64,000 nucleotides of DNA. Origin: Auanema rhodensis (Eukaryota > Animalia > Nematoda). Position 1 is the first letter of the stretch; every line of letters starts with the position of its first letter. The notes below the pieces were generated by a model. The model did no database searches and had not been told where the DNA came from. It saw nothing but the letters and a program-made list of their open reading frames with translations. The translations under genes were made by a program, and so were the position numbers. Below are positions 10,927-24,700 of this stretch, one piece after another. The stretch lies in NCBI GenBank assembly GCA_964057225.1, contig OZ059900.1:20026001-20090000 (forward strand), given 5' to 3'.

Positions 10927-13900
10927 CCCTTATGGCTAATATTGATTAAATCGATTTTTGTTCATATGAGTCGTCAAATGCAACGAATTTCAGCGTGTTA
11001 CATACTAAAATGAAGCATTTTACATGCTGAACACTAGAAAAATACAAAAACACAGTATTTCCCATGAGAAATATTTTATTATGCTGGAAAACCAGTTTTT
11101 GGAAATTTCGCTGTAAACAAGGTTTTGACTTACGATTTCATGTGTTCAAACTCATGCAATGTCAATGAAACCTAGCTCAAAATTGTTCGTACAACGTCTA
11201 GTTCCACTTTCACGACAAAAAAACAGGGGGTAGAAAATTAGGGAAATTAGCATATTCTGAGGGCACGCCCCTTATGGCTAATATTGATTAAATCGATTTT
11301 TGTTCATATGAGTCGTCAAATGCAACGAATTTCAGCGTGTTACATACTAAAATGAAGCATTTTACATGCTGAACACTAGAAAAATACAAAAACACAGTAT
11401 TTCCCATGAGAAATATTTTATTATGCTGGAAAACCAGTTTTTGGAAATTTCGCTGTAAACAAGGTTTTGACTTACGATTTCATGTGTTCAAACTCATGCA
11501 ATGTCAATGAAACCTAGCTCAAAATTGTTCGTACAACGTCTAGTTCCACTTTCACGACAAAAAAACAGGGGTTAGAAAATTAAGGAAATTAGCATATTCT
11601 GAGGGCACGCCCCTTATGGCTAATATTGATTAAATCGATTTTTGTTCATATGAGTCGTCAAATGCAACGAATTTCAGCGTGTTACATACTAAAATGAAGC
11701 AATTTACATGCTGAACACTAGAAAAATACAAAAACACAGTATTTCCCATGAGAAATATTTTATTATGCTGGAAAACCAGTTTTTGGAAATTTCGCTGTAA
11801 ACAAGGTTTTGACTTACGATTTCATGTGTTCAAACTCATGCAATGTCAATGAAACCTAGCTCAAAATTGTTCGTACAACGTCTAGTTCCACTTTCACGAC
11901 AAAAAAACAGGGTTTAGAAAATTAAGGAAATTAGCATATTGTGAGGGCACGCCCCTTATGGCTAATATTGATTAAATCGATTTTTGTTCATATGAGTCGT
12001 CAAATGCAACGAATTTCAGCGTGTTACATACTAAAATGAAGCATTTTACATGCTGAACACTAGAAAAATACAAAAACACAGTATTTCCCATGAGAAATAT
12101 TTTATTATGCTGGAAAACCAGTTTTTGGAAATTTCGCTGTAAACAAGGTTTTGACTTACGATTTCATGTGTTCAAACTCATGCAATGTCAATGAAACCTA
12201 GCTCAAAATTGTTCGTACAACGTCTAGTTCCACTTTCACGACAAAAAAACAGGGGTTAGAAAATTAAGGAAATTAGCATATTCTGAGGGCACGCCCCTTA
12301 TGGCTAATATTGATTAAATCGATTTTTGTTTATATGAGTCGTCAAATGCAACGAATTTCAGCGTGTTACATACTAAAATGAAGCATTTTACATGCTGAAC
12401 ACTAGAAAAATACAAAAACACAGTATTTCCCATGAGAAATATTTTATTATGCTGGAAAACCAGTTTTTGGAAATTTCGCTGTAAACAAGGTTTTGACTTA
12501 CGATTTCATGTGTTCAAACTCATGCAATGTCAATGAAACCTAGCTCAAAATTGTTCGTACAACGTCTAGTTCCACTTTCACGACAAAAAAACAGGGGGTA
12601 GAAAATTAGGGAAATTAGCATATTCTGAGGGCACGCCCCTTATGGCTAATATTGATTAAATCGATTTTTGTTCATATGAGTCGTCAAATGCAACTAATTT
12701 CAGCGTGTTACATACTAAAATGAAGCATTTTACATGCTGAACACTAGAAAAATACAAAAACACAGTATTTCCCATGAGAAATATTTTATTATGCTGGAAA
12801 ACCAGTTTTTGGAAATTTCGCTGTAAACAAGGTTTTGACTTACGATTTCATGTGTTCAAACTCATGCAATGTCAATGAAACCTAGCTCAAAATTGTTCGT
12901 ACAACGTCTAGTTCCACTTTCACGACAAAAAAACAGGGGTTAGAAAATTAAGGAAATTAGCATATTCTGAGGGCACGCCCCTTATGGCTAATATTGATTA
13001 AATCGATTTTTGTTCATATGAGTCGTCAAATGCAACGAATTTCAGCGTGTTACATACTAAAATGAAGCAATTTACATGCTGAACACTAGAAAAATACAAA
13101 AACACAGTATTTCCCATGAGAAATATTTTATTATGCTGGAAAACCAGTTTTTGGAAATTTCGCTGTAAACAAGGTTTTGACTTACGATTTCATGTGTTCA
13201 AACTCATGCAATGTCAATGAAACCTAGCTCAAAATTGTTCGTACAACGTCTAGTTCCACTTTCACGACAAAAAAACAGGGGTTAGAAAATTAAGGAAATT
13301 AGCATATTCTGAGGGCACGCCCCTTATGGCTAATATTGATTAAATCGATTTTTGTTCATATGAGTCGTCAAATGCAACGAATTTCAGCGTGTTACATACT
13401 AAAATGAAGCATTTTACATGCTGAACACTAGAAAAATACAAAAACACAGTATTTCCCATGAGAAATATTTTATTATGCTGGAAAACCAGTTTTTGGAAAT
13501 TTCGCTGTAAACAAGGTTTTGACTTACGATTTCATGTGTTCAAACTCATGCAATGTCAATGAAACCTAGCTCAAAATTGTTCGTACAACGTCTAGTTCCA
13601 CTTTCACGACAAAAAAACAGGGGTTAGAAAATTAAGGAAATTAGCATATTCTGAGGGCACGCCCCTTATGGCTAATATTGATTAAATCGATTTTTGTTCA
13701 TATGAGTCGTCAAATGCAACGAATTTCAGCGTGTTACATACTAAAATGAAGCATTTCACATGCTGAACACTAGAAAAATACAAAAACACAGTATTTCCCA
13801 TGAGAAATATTTTATTATGCTGGAAAACCAGTTTTTGGAAATTTCGCTGTAAACAAGGTTTTGACTTACGATTTCATGTGTTCAAACTCATGCAATGTCA

Positions 13901-16900
13901 ATGAAACCTAGCTCAAAATTGTTCGTACAACGTCTAGTTCCACTTTCACGACAAAAAAACAGGGGTTAGAAAATTAAGGAAATTAGCATATTCTGAGGGC
14001 ACGCCCCTTATGGCTAATATTGATTAAATCGATTTTTGTTCATATGAGTCGTCAAATGCAACGAATTTCAGCGTGTTACATACTAAAATGAAGCATTTTA
14101 CATGCTGAACACTAGAAAAATACAAAAACACAGTATTTCCCATGAGAAATATTTTATTATGCTGGAAAACCAGTTTTTGGAAATTTCGCTGTAAACAAGG
14201 TTTTGACTTACGATTTCATGTGTTCAAACTCATGCAATGTCAATGAAACCTAGCTCAAAATTGTTCGTACAACATCTAGTTCCACTTTCACGACAAAAAA
14301 ACAGGGGTTAGAAAATTAAGGAAATTAGCATATTCTGAGGGCACGCCCCTTATGGCTAATATTGATTAAATCGATTTTTGTTCATATGAGTCGTCAAATG
14401 CAACGAATTTCAGCGTGTTACATACTAAAATGAAGCATTTTACATGCTGAACACTAGAAAAATACAAAAACACAGTATTTCCCATGAGAAATATTTTATT
14501 ATGCTGGAAAACCAGTTTTTGGAAATTTCGCTGTAAACAAGGTTTTGACTTACGATTTCATGTGTTCAAACTCATGCAATGTCAATGAAACCTAGCTCAA
14601 AATTGTTCGTACAACATCTAGTTCCACTTTCACGACAAAAAAACAGCGGTTAGAAAATTAAGGAAATTAGCATATTCTGAGGGCACGCCCCTTATGGCTA
14701 ATATTGATTAAATCGATTTTTGTTCATATGAGTCGTCAAATGCAACGAATTTCAGCGTGTTACATACTAAAATGAAGCATTTTACATGCTGAACACTAGA
14801 AAAATACAAAAACACAGTATTTCCCATGAGAAATATTTTATTATGCTGGAAAACCAGTTTTTGGAAATTTCGCTGTAAACAAGGTTTTGACTTACGATTT
14901 CATGTGTTCAAACTCATGCAATGTCAATGAAACCTAGCTCAAAATTGTTCGTACAACATCTAGTTCCACTTTCACGACAAAAAAACAGGGGTTAGAAAAT
15001 TAAGGAAATTAGCATATTCTGAGGGCACGCCCCTTATGGCTAATATTGATTAAATCGATTTTTGTTCATATGAGTCGTCAAATGCAACGAATTTCAGCGT
15101 GTTACATACTAAAATGAAGCATTTTACATGCTGAACACTAGAAAAATACAAAAACTTAGTATTTCCCATGAGAAATATTTTATTATGCTGGAAAACCAGT
15201 TTTTGGAAATTTCGCTGTAAACAAGGTTTTGACTTACGATTTCATGTGTTCAAACTCATGCAATGTCAATGAAACCTAGCTCAAAATTGTTCGTACAACG
15301 TCTAGTTCCACTTTCACGACAAAAAAACAGGGGGTAGAAAATTAGGGAAATTAGCATATTCTGAGGGCACGCCCCTTATGGCTAATATTGATTAAATCGA
15401 TTTTTGTTCATATGAGTCGTCAAATGCAACGAATTTCAGCGTGTTACATACTAAAATGAAGCATTTTACATGCTGAACACTAGAAAAATACAAAAACACA
15501 GTATTTCCCATGAGAAATATTTTATTATGCTGGAAAACCAGTTTTTGGAAATTTCGCTGTAAACAAGGTTTTGACTTACGATTTCATGTGTTCAAACTCA
15601 TGCAATGTCAATGAAACCTAGCTCAAAATTGTTCGTACAACATCTAGTTCCACTTTCACGACAAAAAAACAGGGGTTAGAAAATTAAGGAAATTAGCATA
15701 TTCTGAGGGCACGCCCCTTATGGCTAATATTGATTAAATCGATTTTTGTTCATATGAGTCGTCAAATGCAACGAATTTCAGCGTGTTACATACTAAAATG
15801 AAGCATTTTACATGCTGAACACTAGAAAAATACAAAAACACAGTATTTCCCATGAGAAATATTTTATTATGCTGGAAAACCAGTTTTTGGAAATTTCGCT
15901 GTAAACAAGGTTTTGACTTACGATTTCATGTGTTCAAACTCATGCAATGTCAATGAAACCTAGCTCAAAATTGTTCGTACAACGTCTAGTTCCACTTTCA
16001 CGACAAAAAAACAGGGTTTAGAAAATTAAGGAAATTAGCATATTGTGAGGGCACGCCCCTTATGGCTAATATTGATTAAATCGATTTTTGTTCATATGAG
16101 TCGTCAAATGCAACGAATTTCAGCGTGTTACATACTAAAATGAAGCATTTTACATGCTGAACACTAGAAAAATACAAAAACACAGTATTTCCCATGAGAA
16201 ATATTTTATTATGCTGGAAAACCAGTTTTTGGAAATTTCGCTGTAAACAAGGTTTTGACTTACGATTTCATGTGTTCAAACTCATGCAATGTCAATGAAA
16301 CCTAGCTCAAAATTGTTCGTACAACATCTAGTTCCACTTTCACGACAAAAAAACAGCGGTTAGAAAATTAAGGAAATTAGCATATTCTGAGGGCACGCCC
16401 CTTATGGCTAATATTGATTAAATCGATTTTTGTTCATATGAGTCGTCAAATGCAACGAATTTCAGCGTGTTACATACTAAAATGAAGCATTTTACATGCT
16501 GAACACTAGAAAAATACAAAAACACAGTATTTCCCATGAGAAATATTTTATTATGCTGGAAAACCAGTTTTTGGAAATTTCGCTGTAAACAAGGTTTTGA
16601 CTTACGATTTCATGTGTTCAAACTCATGCAATGTCAATGAAACCTAGCTCAAAATTGTTCGTACAACATCTAGTTCCACTTTCACGACAAAAAAACAGGG
16701 GTTAGAAAATTAAGGAAATTAGCATATTCTGAGGGCACGCCCCTTATGGCTAATATTGATTAAATCGATTTTTGTTCATATGAGTCGTCAAATGCAACGA
16801 ATTTCAGCGTGTTACATACTAAAATGAAGCATTTTACATGCTGAACACTAGAAAAATACAAAAACACAGTATTTCCCATGAGAAATATTTTATTATGCTG

Positions 16901-18304
16901 GAAAACCAGTTTTTGGAAATTTCGCTGTAAACAAGGTTTTGACTTACGATTTCATGTGTTCAAACTCATGCAATGTCAATGAAACCTAGCTCAAAATTGT
17001 TCGTACAACATCTAGTTCCACTTTCACGACAAAAAAACAGCGGTTAGAAAATTAAGGAAATTAGCATATTCTGAGGGCACGCCCCTTATGGCTAATATTG
17101 ATTAAATCGATTTTTGTTCATATGAGTCGTCAAATGCAACGAATTTCAGCGTGTTACATACTAAAATGAAGCATTTTACATGCTGAACACTAGAAAAATA
17201 CAAAAACACAGTATTTCCCATGAGAAATATTTTATTATGCTGGAAAACCAGTTTTTGGAAATTTCGCTGTAAACAAGGTTTTGACTTACGATTTCATGTG
17301 TTCAAACTCATGCAATGTCAATGAAACCTAGCTCAAAATTGTTCGTACAACATCTAGTTCCACTTTCACGACAAAAAAACAGGGGTTAGAAAATTAAGGA
17401 AATTAGCATATTCTGAGGGCACGCCCCTTATGGCTAATATTGATTAAATCGATTTTTGTTCATATGAGTCGTCAAATGCAACGAATTTCAGCGTGTTACA
17501 TACTAAAATGAAGCATTTTACATGCTGAACACTAGAAAAATACAAAAACACAGTATTTCCCATGAGAAATATTTTATTATGCTGGAAAACCAGTTTTTGG
17601 AAATTTCGCTGTAAACAAGGTTTTGACTTACGATTTCATGTGTTCAAACTCATGCAATGTCAATGAAACCTAGCTCAAAATTGTTCGTACAACGTCTAGT
17701 TCCACTTTCACGACAAAAAAACAGGGGGTAGAAAATTAGGGAAATTAGCATATTCTGAGGGCACGCCCCTTATGGCTAATATTGATTAAATCGATTTTTG
17801 TTCATATGAGTCGTCAAATGCAACGAATTTCAGCGTGTTACATACTAAAATGAAGCATTTTACATGCTGAACACTAGAAAAATACAAAAACACAGTATTT
17901 CCCATGAGAAATATTTTATTATGCTGGAAAACCAGTTTTTGGAAATTTCGCTGTAAACAAGGTTTTGACTTACGATTTCATGTGTTCAAACTCATGCAAT
18001 GTCAATGAAACCTAGCTCAAAATTGTTCGTACAACGTCTAGTTCCACTTTCACGACAAAAAAACAGGGGTTAGAAAATTAAGGAAATTAGCATATTCTGA
18101 GGGCACGCCCCTTATGGCTAATATTGATTAAATCGATTTTTGTTCATATGAGTCGTCAAATGCAACGAATTTCAGCGTGTTACATACTAAAATGAAGCAT
18201 TTTACATGCTGAACACTAGAAAAATACAAAAACACAGTATTTCCCATGAGAAATATTTTATTATGCTGGAAAACCAGTTTTTGGAAATTTCGCTGTAAAC
18301 AAGG

Positions 18305-21300
18305 TTTTGACTTACGATTTCATGTGTTCAAACTCATGCAATGTCAATGAAACCTAGCTCAAAATTGTTCGTACAACATCTAGTTCCACTTTCACGACAA
18401 AAAAACAGCGGTTAGAAAATTAAGGAAATTAGCATATTCTGAGGGCACGCCCCTTATGGCTAATATTGATTAAATCGATTTTTGTTCATATGAGTCGTCA
18501 AATGCAACGAATTTCAGCGTGTTACATACTAAAATGAAGCATTTTACATGCTGAACACTAGAAAAATACAAAAACACAGTATTTCCCATGAGAAATATTT
18601 TATTATGCTGGAAAACCAGTTTTTGGAAATTTCGCTGTAAACAAGGTTTTGACTTACGATTTCATGTGTTCAAACTCATGCAATGTTAATGAAACCTAGC
18701 TCAAAATTGTTCGTACAACGTCTAGTTCCACTTTCACGACAAAAAAACAGGGTTTAGAAAATTAAGGAAATTAGCATATTGTGAGGGCACGCCCCTTATG
18801 GCTAATATTGATTAAATCGATTTTTGTTCATATGAGTCGTCAAATGCAACGAATTTCAGCGTGTTACATACTAAAATGAAGCATTTTACATGCTGAACAC
18901 TAGAAAAATACAAAAACACAGTATTTCCCATGAGAAATATTTTATTATGCTGGAAAACCAGTTTTTGGAAATTTCGCTGTAAACAAGGTTTTGACTTACG
19001 ATTTCATGTGTTCAAACTCATGCAATGTCAATGAAACCTAGCTCAAAATTGTTCGTACAACATCTAGTTCCACTTTCACGACAAAAAAACAGCGGTTAGA
19101 AAATTAAGGAAATTAGCATATTCTGAGGGCACGCCCCTTATGGCTAATATTGATTAAATCGATTTTTGTTCATATGAGTCGTCAAATGCAACGAATTTCA
19201 GCGTGTTACATACTAAAATGAAGCATTTTACATGCTGAACACTAGAAAAATACAAAAACACAGTATTTCCCATGAGAAATATTTTATTATGCTGGAAAAC
19301 CAGTTTTTGGAAATTTCGCTGTAAACAAGGTTTTGACTTACGATTTCATGTGTTCAAACTCATGCAATGTCAATGAAACCTAGCTCAAAATTGTTCGTAC
19401 AACATCTAGTTCCACTTTCACGACAAAAAAACAGGGGTTAGAAAATTAAGGAAATTAGCATATTCTGAGGGCACGCCCCTTATGGCTAATATTGATTAAA
19501 TCGATTTTTGTTCATATGAGTCGTCAAATGCAACGAATTTCAGCGTGTTACATACTAAAATGAAGCATTTTACATGCTGAACACTAGAAAAATACAAAAA
19601 CACAGTATTTCCCATGAGAAATATTTTATTATGCTGGAAAACCAGTTTTTGGAAATTTCGCTGTAAACAAGGTTTTGACTTACGATTTCATGTGTTCAAA
19701 CTCATGCAATGTCAATGAAACCTAGCTCAAAATTGTTCGTACAACGTCTAGTTTTACTTTCACGACAAAAAAACAGGGGGTAGAAAATTAGGGAAATTAG
19801 CATATTCTGAGGGCACGCCCCTTATGGCTAATATTGATTAAATCGATTTTTGTTCATATGAGTCGTCAAATGCAACGAATTTCAGCGTGTTACATACTAA
19901 AATGAAGCATTTTACATGCTGAACACTAGAAAAATACAAAAACACAGTATTTCCCATGAGAAATATTTTATTATGCTGGAAAACCAGTTTTTGGAAATTT
20001 CGCTGTAAACAAGGTTTTGACTTACGATTTCATGTGTTCAAACTCATGCAATGTCAATGAAACCTAGCTCAAAATTGTTCGTACAACATCTAGTTCCACT
20101 TTCACGACAAAAAAACAGCGGTTAGAAAATTAAGGAAATTAGCATATTCTGAGGGCACGCCCCTTATGGCTAATATTGATTAAATCGATTTTTGTTCATA
20201 TGAGTCGTCAAATGCAACGAATTTCAGCGTGTTACATACTAAAATGAAGCATTTTACATGCTGAACACTAGAAAAATACAAAAACACAGTATTTCCCATG
20301 AGAAATATTTTATTATGCTGGAAAACCAGTTTTTGGAAATTTCGCTGTAAACAAGGTTTTGACTTACGATTTCATGTGTTCAAACTCATGCAATGTTAAT
20401 GAAACCTAGCTCAAAATTGTTCGTACAACGTCTAGTTCCACTTTCACGACAAAAAAACAGGGTTTAGAAAATTAAGGAAATTAGCATATTGTGAGGGCAC
20501 GCCCCTTATGGCTAATATTGATTAAATCGATTTTTGTTCATATGAGTCGTCAAATGCAACGAATTTCAGCGTGTTACATACTAAAATGAAGCATTTTACA
20601 TGCTGAACACTAGAAAAATACAAAAACACAGTATTTCCCATGAGAAATATTTTATTATGCTGGAAAACCAGTTTTTGGAAATTTCGCTGTAAACAAGGTT
20701 TTGACTTACGATTTCATGTGTTCAAACTCATGCAATGTCAATGAAACCTAGCTCAAAATTGTTCGTACAACATCTAGTTCCACTTTCACGACAAAAAAAC
20801 AGCGGTTAGAAAATTAAGGAAATTAGCATATTCTGAGGGCACGCCCCTTATGGCTAATAATGATTAAATCGATTTTTGTTCATATGAGTCGTCAAATGCA
20901 ACGAATTTCAGCGTGTTACATACTAAAATGAAGCATTTTACATGCTGAACACTAGAAAAATACAAAAACACAGTATTTCCCATGAGAAATATTTTATTAT
21001 GCTGGAAAACCAGTTTTTGGAAATTTCGCTGTAAACAAGGTTTTGACTTACGATTTCATGTGTTCAAACTCATGCAATGTCAATGAAACCTAGCTCAAAA
21101 TTGTTCGTACAACATCTAGTTCCACTTTCACGACAAAAAAACAGGGGTTAGAAAATTAAGGAAATTAGCATATTCTGAGGGCACGCCCCTTATGGCTAAT
21201 ATTGATTAAATCGATTTTTGTTCATATGAGTCGTCAAATGCAACGAATTTCAGCGTGTTACATACTAAAATGAAGCATTTTACATGCTGAACACTAGAAA

Positions 21301-21724
21301 AATACAAAAACACAGTATTTCCCATGAGAAATATTTTATTATGCTGGAAAACCAGTTTTTGGAAATTTCGCTGTAAACAAGGTTTTGACTTACGATTTCA
21401 TGTGTTCAAACTCATGCAATGTCAATGAAACCTAGCTCAAAATTGTTCGTACAACGTCTAGTTTTACTTTCACGACAAAAAAACAGGGGGTAGAAAATTA
21501 GGGAAATTAGCATATTCTGAGGGCACGCCCCTTATGGCTAATATTGATTAAATCGATTTTTGTTCATATGAGTCGTCAAATGCAACGAATTTCAGCGTGT
21601 TACATACTAAAATGAAGCATTTTACATGCTGAACACTAGAAAAATACAAAAACACAGTATTTCCCATGAGAAATATTTTATTATGCTGGAAAACCAGTTT
21701 TTGGAAATTTCGCTGTAAACAAGG
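18305..21724 (+). repeat. Tandem duplication of a 5-monomer block (period 1710 bp)
   Basis: The order [AACATCT+CAGCGG], [ATGTTAAT+GGGTTTAG+ATTGTGAG], [AACATCT+CAGCGG], [AACATCT], [AGTTTTAC+GGGGGTAG] occurs at 18305-20014 and again at 20015-21724. Confidence 0.92.
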
Positions 21725-24700
21725 TTTTGACTTACGATTTCATGTGTTCAAACTCATGCAATGTCAATGAAACCTAGCTCAAAATTGTTCGTACAACGTC
21801 TAGTTCCACTTTCACGACAAAAAAACAGGGTTTAGAAAATTAAGGAAATTAGCATATTGTGAGGGCACGCCCCTTATGGCTAATATTGATTAAATCGATT
21901 TTTGTTCATATGAGTCGTCAAATGCAACGAATTTCAGCGTGTTACATACTAAAATGAAGCATTTTACATGCTGAACACTAGAAAAATACAAAAACACAGT
22001 ATTTCCCATGAGAAATAGTTTATTATGCTGGAAAACCAGTTTTTGGAAATTTCGCTGTAAACAAGGTTTTGACTTACGATTTCATGTGTTCAAACTCATG
22101 CAATGTCAATGAAACCTAGCTCAAAATTGTTCGTACAACGTCTAGTTCCACTTTCACGACAAAAAAACAGGGGTTAGAAAATTAGGGAAATTAGCATATT
22201 CTGAGGGCACGCCCCTTATGGCTAATATTGATTAAATCGATTTTTGTTCATATGAGTCGTCAAATGCAACGAATTTCAGCGTGTTACATACTAAAATGAA
22301 GCATTTTACATGCTGAACACTAGAAAAATACAAAAACACAGTATTTCCCATGAGAAATATTTTATTATGCTGGAAAACCAGTTTTTGGAAATTTCGCTGT
22401 AAACAAGGTTTTGACTTACGATTTCATGTGTTCAAACTCATGCAATGTCAATGAAACCTAGCTCAAAATTGTTCGTACAACGTCTAGTTCCACTTTCACG
22501 ACAAAAAAACAGGGTTTAGAAAATTAAGGAAATTAGCATATTGTGAGGGCACGCCCCTTATGGCTAATATTGATTAAATCGATTTTTGTTCATATGAGTC
22601 GTCAAATGCAACGAATTTCAGCGTGTTACATACTAAAATGAAGCATTTTACATGCTGAACACTAGAAAAATACAAAAACACAGTATTTCCCATGAGAAAT
22701 ATTTTATTATGCTGGAAAACCAGTTTTTGGAAATTTCGCTGTAAACAAGGTTTTGACTTACGATTTCATGTGTTCAAACTCATGCAATGTCAATGAAACC
22801 TAGCTCAAAATTGTTCGTACAACGTCTAGTTTTACTTTCACGACAAAAAAACAGGGGGTAGAAAATTAGGGAAATTAGCATATTCTGAGGGCACGCCCCT
22901 TATGGCTAATATTGATTAAATCGATTTTTGTTCATATGAGTCGTCAAATGCAACGAATTTCAGCGTGTTACATACTAAAATGAAGCATTTTACATGCTGA
23001 ACACTAGAAAAATACAAAAACACAGTATTTCCCATGAGAAATATTTTATTATGCTGGAAAACCAGTTTTTGGAAATTTCGCTGTAAACAAGGTTTTGACT
23101 TACGATTTCATGTGTTCAAACTCATGCAATGTCAATGAAACCTAGCTCAAAATTGTTCGTACAACGTCTAGTTCCACTTTCACGACAAAAAAACAGGGTT
23201 TAGAAAATTAAGGAAATTAGCATATTGTGAGGGCACGCCCCTTATGGCTAATATTGATTAAATCGATTTTTGTTCATATGAGTCGTCAAATGCAACGAAT
23301 TTCAACGTGTTACATACTAAAATGAAGCATTTTACATGCTGAACACTAGAAAAATACAAAAACACAGTATTTCCCATGAGAAATATTTTATTATGCTGGA
23401 AAACCAGTTTTTGGAAATTTCGCTGTAAACAAGGTTTTGACTTACGATTTCATGTGTTCAAACTCATGCAATGTCAATGAAACCTAGCTCAAAATTGTTC
23501 GTACAACGTCTAGTTTCACTTTCACGACAAAAAAACAGGGGGTAGAAAATTAGGGAAATTAGCATATTCTGAGGGCACGCCCCTTATGGCTAATATTGAT
23601 TAAATCGATTTTTGTTCATATGAGTCGTCAAATGCAACGAATTTCAGCGTGTTACATACTAAAATGAAGCATTTTACATGCTGAACACTAGAAAAATACA
23701 AAAACACAGTATTTCCCATGAGAAATAGTTTATTATGCTGGAAAACCAGTTTTTGGAAATTTCGCTGTAAACAAGGTTTTGACTTACGATTTCATGTGTT
23801 CAAACTCATGCAATGTCAATGAAACCTAGCTCAAAATTGTTCGTACAACGTCTAGTTCCACTTTCACGACAAAAAAACAGGGGTTAGAAAATTAGGGAAA
23901 TTAGCATATTCTGAGGGCACGCCCCTTATGGCTAATATTGATTAAATCGATTTTTGTTCATATGAGTCGTCAAATGCAACGAATTTCAGCGTGTTACATA
24001 CTAAAATGAAGCATTTTACATGCTGAACACTAGAAAAATACAAAAACACAGTATTTCCCATGAGAAATATTTTATTATGCTGGAAAACCAGTTTTTGGAA
24101 ATTTCGCTGTAAACAAGGTTTTGACTTACGATTTCATGTGTTCAAACTCATGCAATGTCAATGAAACCTAGCTCAAAATTGTTCGTACAACGTCTAGTTC
24201 CACTTTCACGACAAAAAAACAGGGTTTAGAAAATTAAGGAAATTAGCATATTGTGAGGGCACGCCCCTTATGGCTAATATTGATTAAATCGATTTTTGTT
24301 CATATGAGTCGTCAAATGCAACGAATTTCAGCGTGTTACATACTAAAATGAAGCATTTTACATGCTGAACACTAGAAAAATACAAAAACACAGTATTTCC
24401 CATGAGAAATATTTTATTATGCTGGAAAACCAGTTTTTGGAAATTTCGCTGTAAACAAGGTTTTGACTTACGATTTCATGTGTTCAAACTCATGCAATGT
24501 CAATGAAACCTAGCTCAAAATTGTTCGTACAACGTCTAGTTCCACTTTCACGACAAAAAAACAGGGGTTAGAAAATTAGGGAAATTAGCATATTCTGAGG
24601 GCACGCCCCTTATGGCTAATATTGATTAAATCGATTTTTGTTCATATGAGTCGTCAAATGCAACGAATTTCAGCGTGTTACATACTAAAATGAAGCATTT

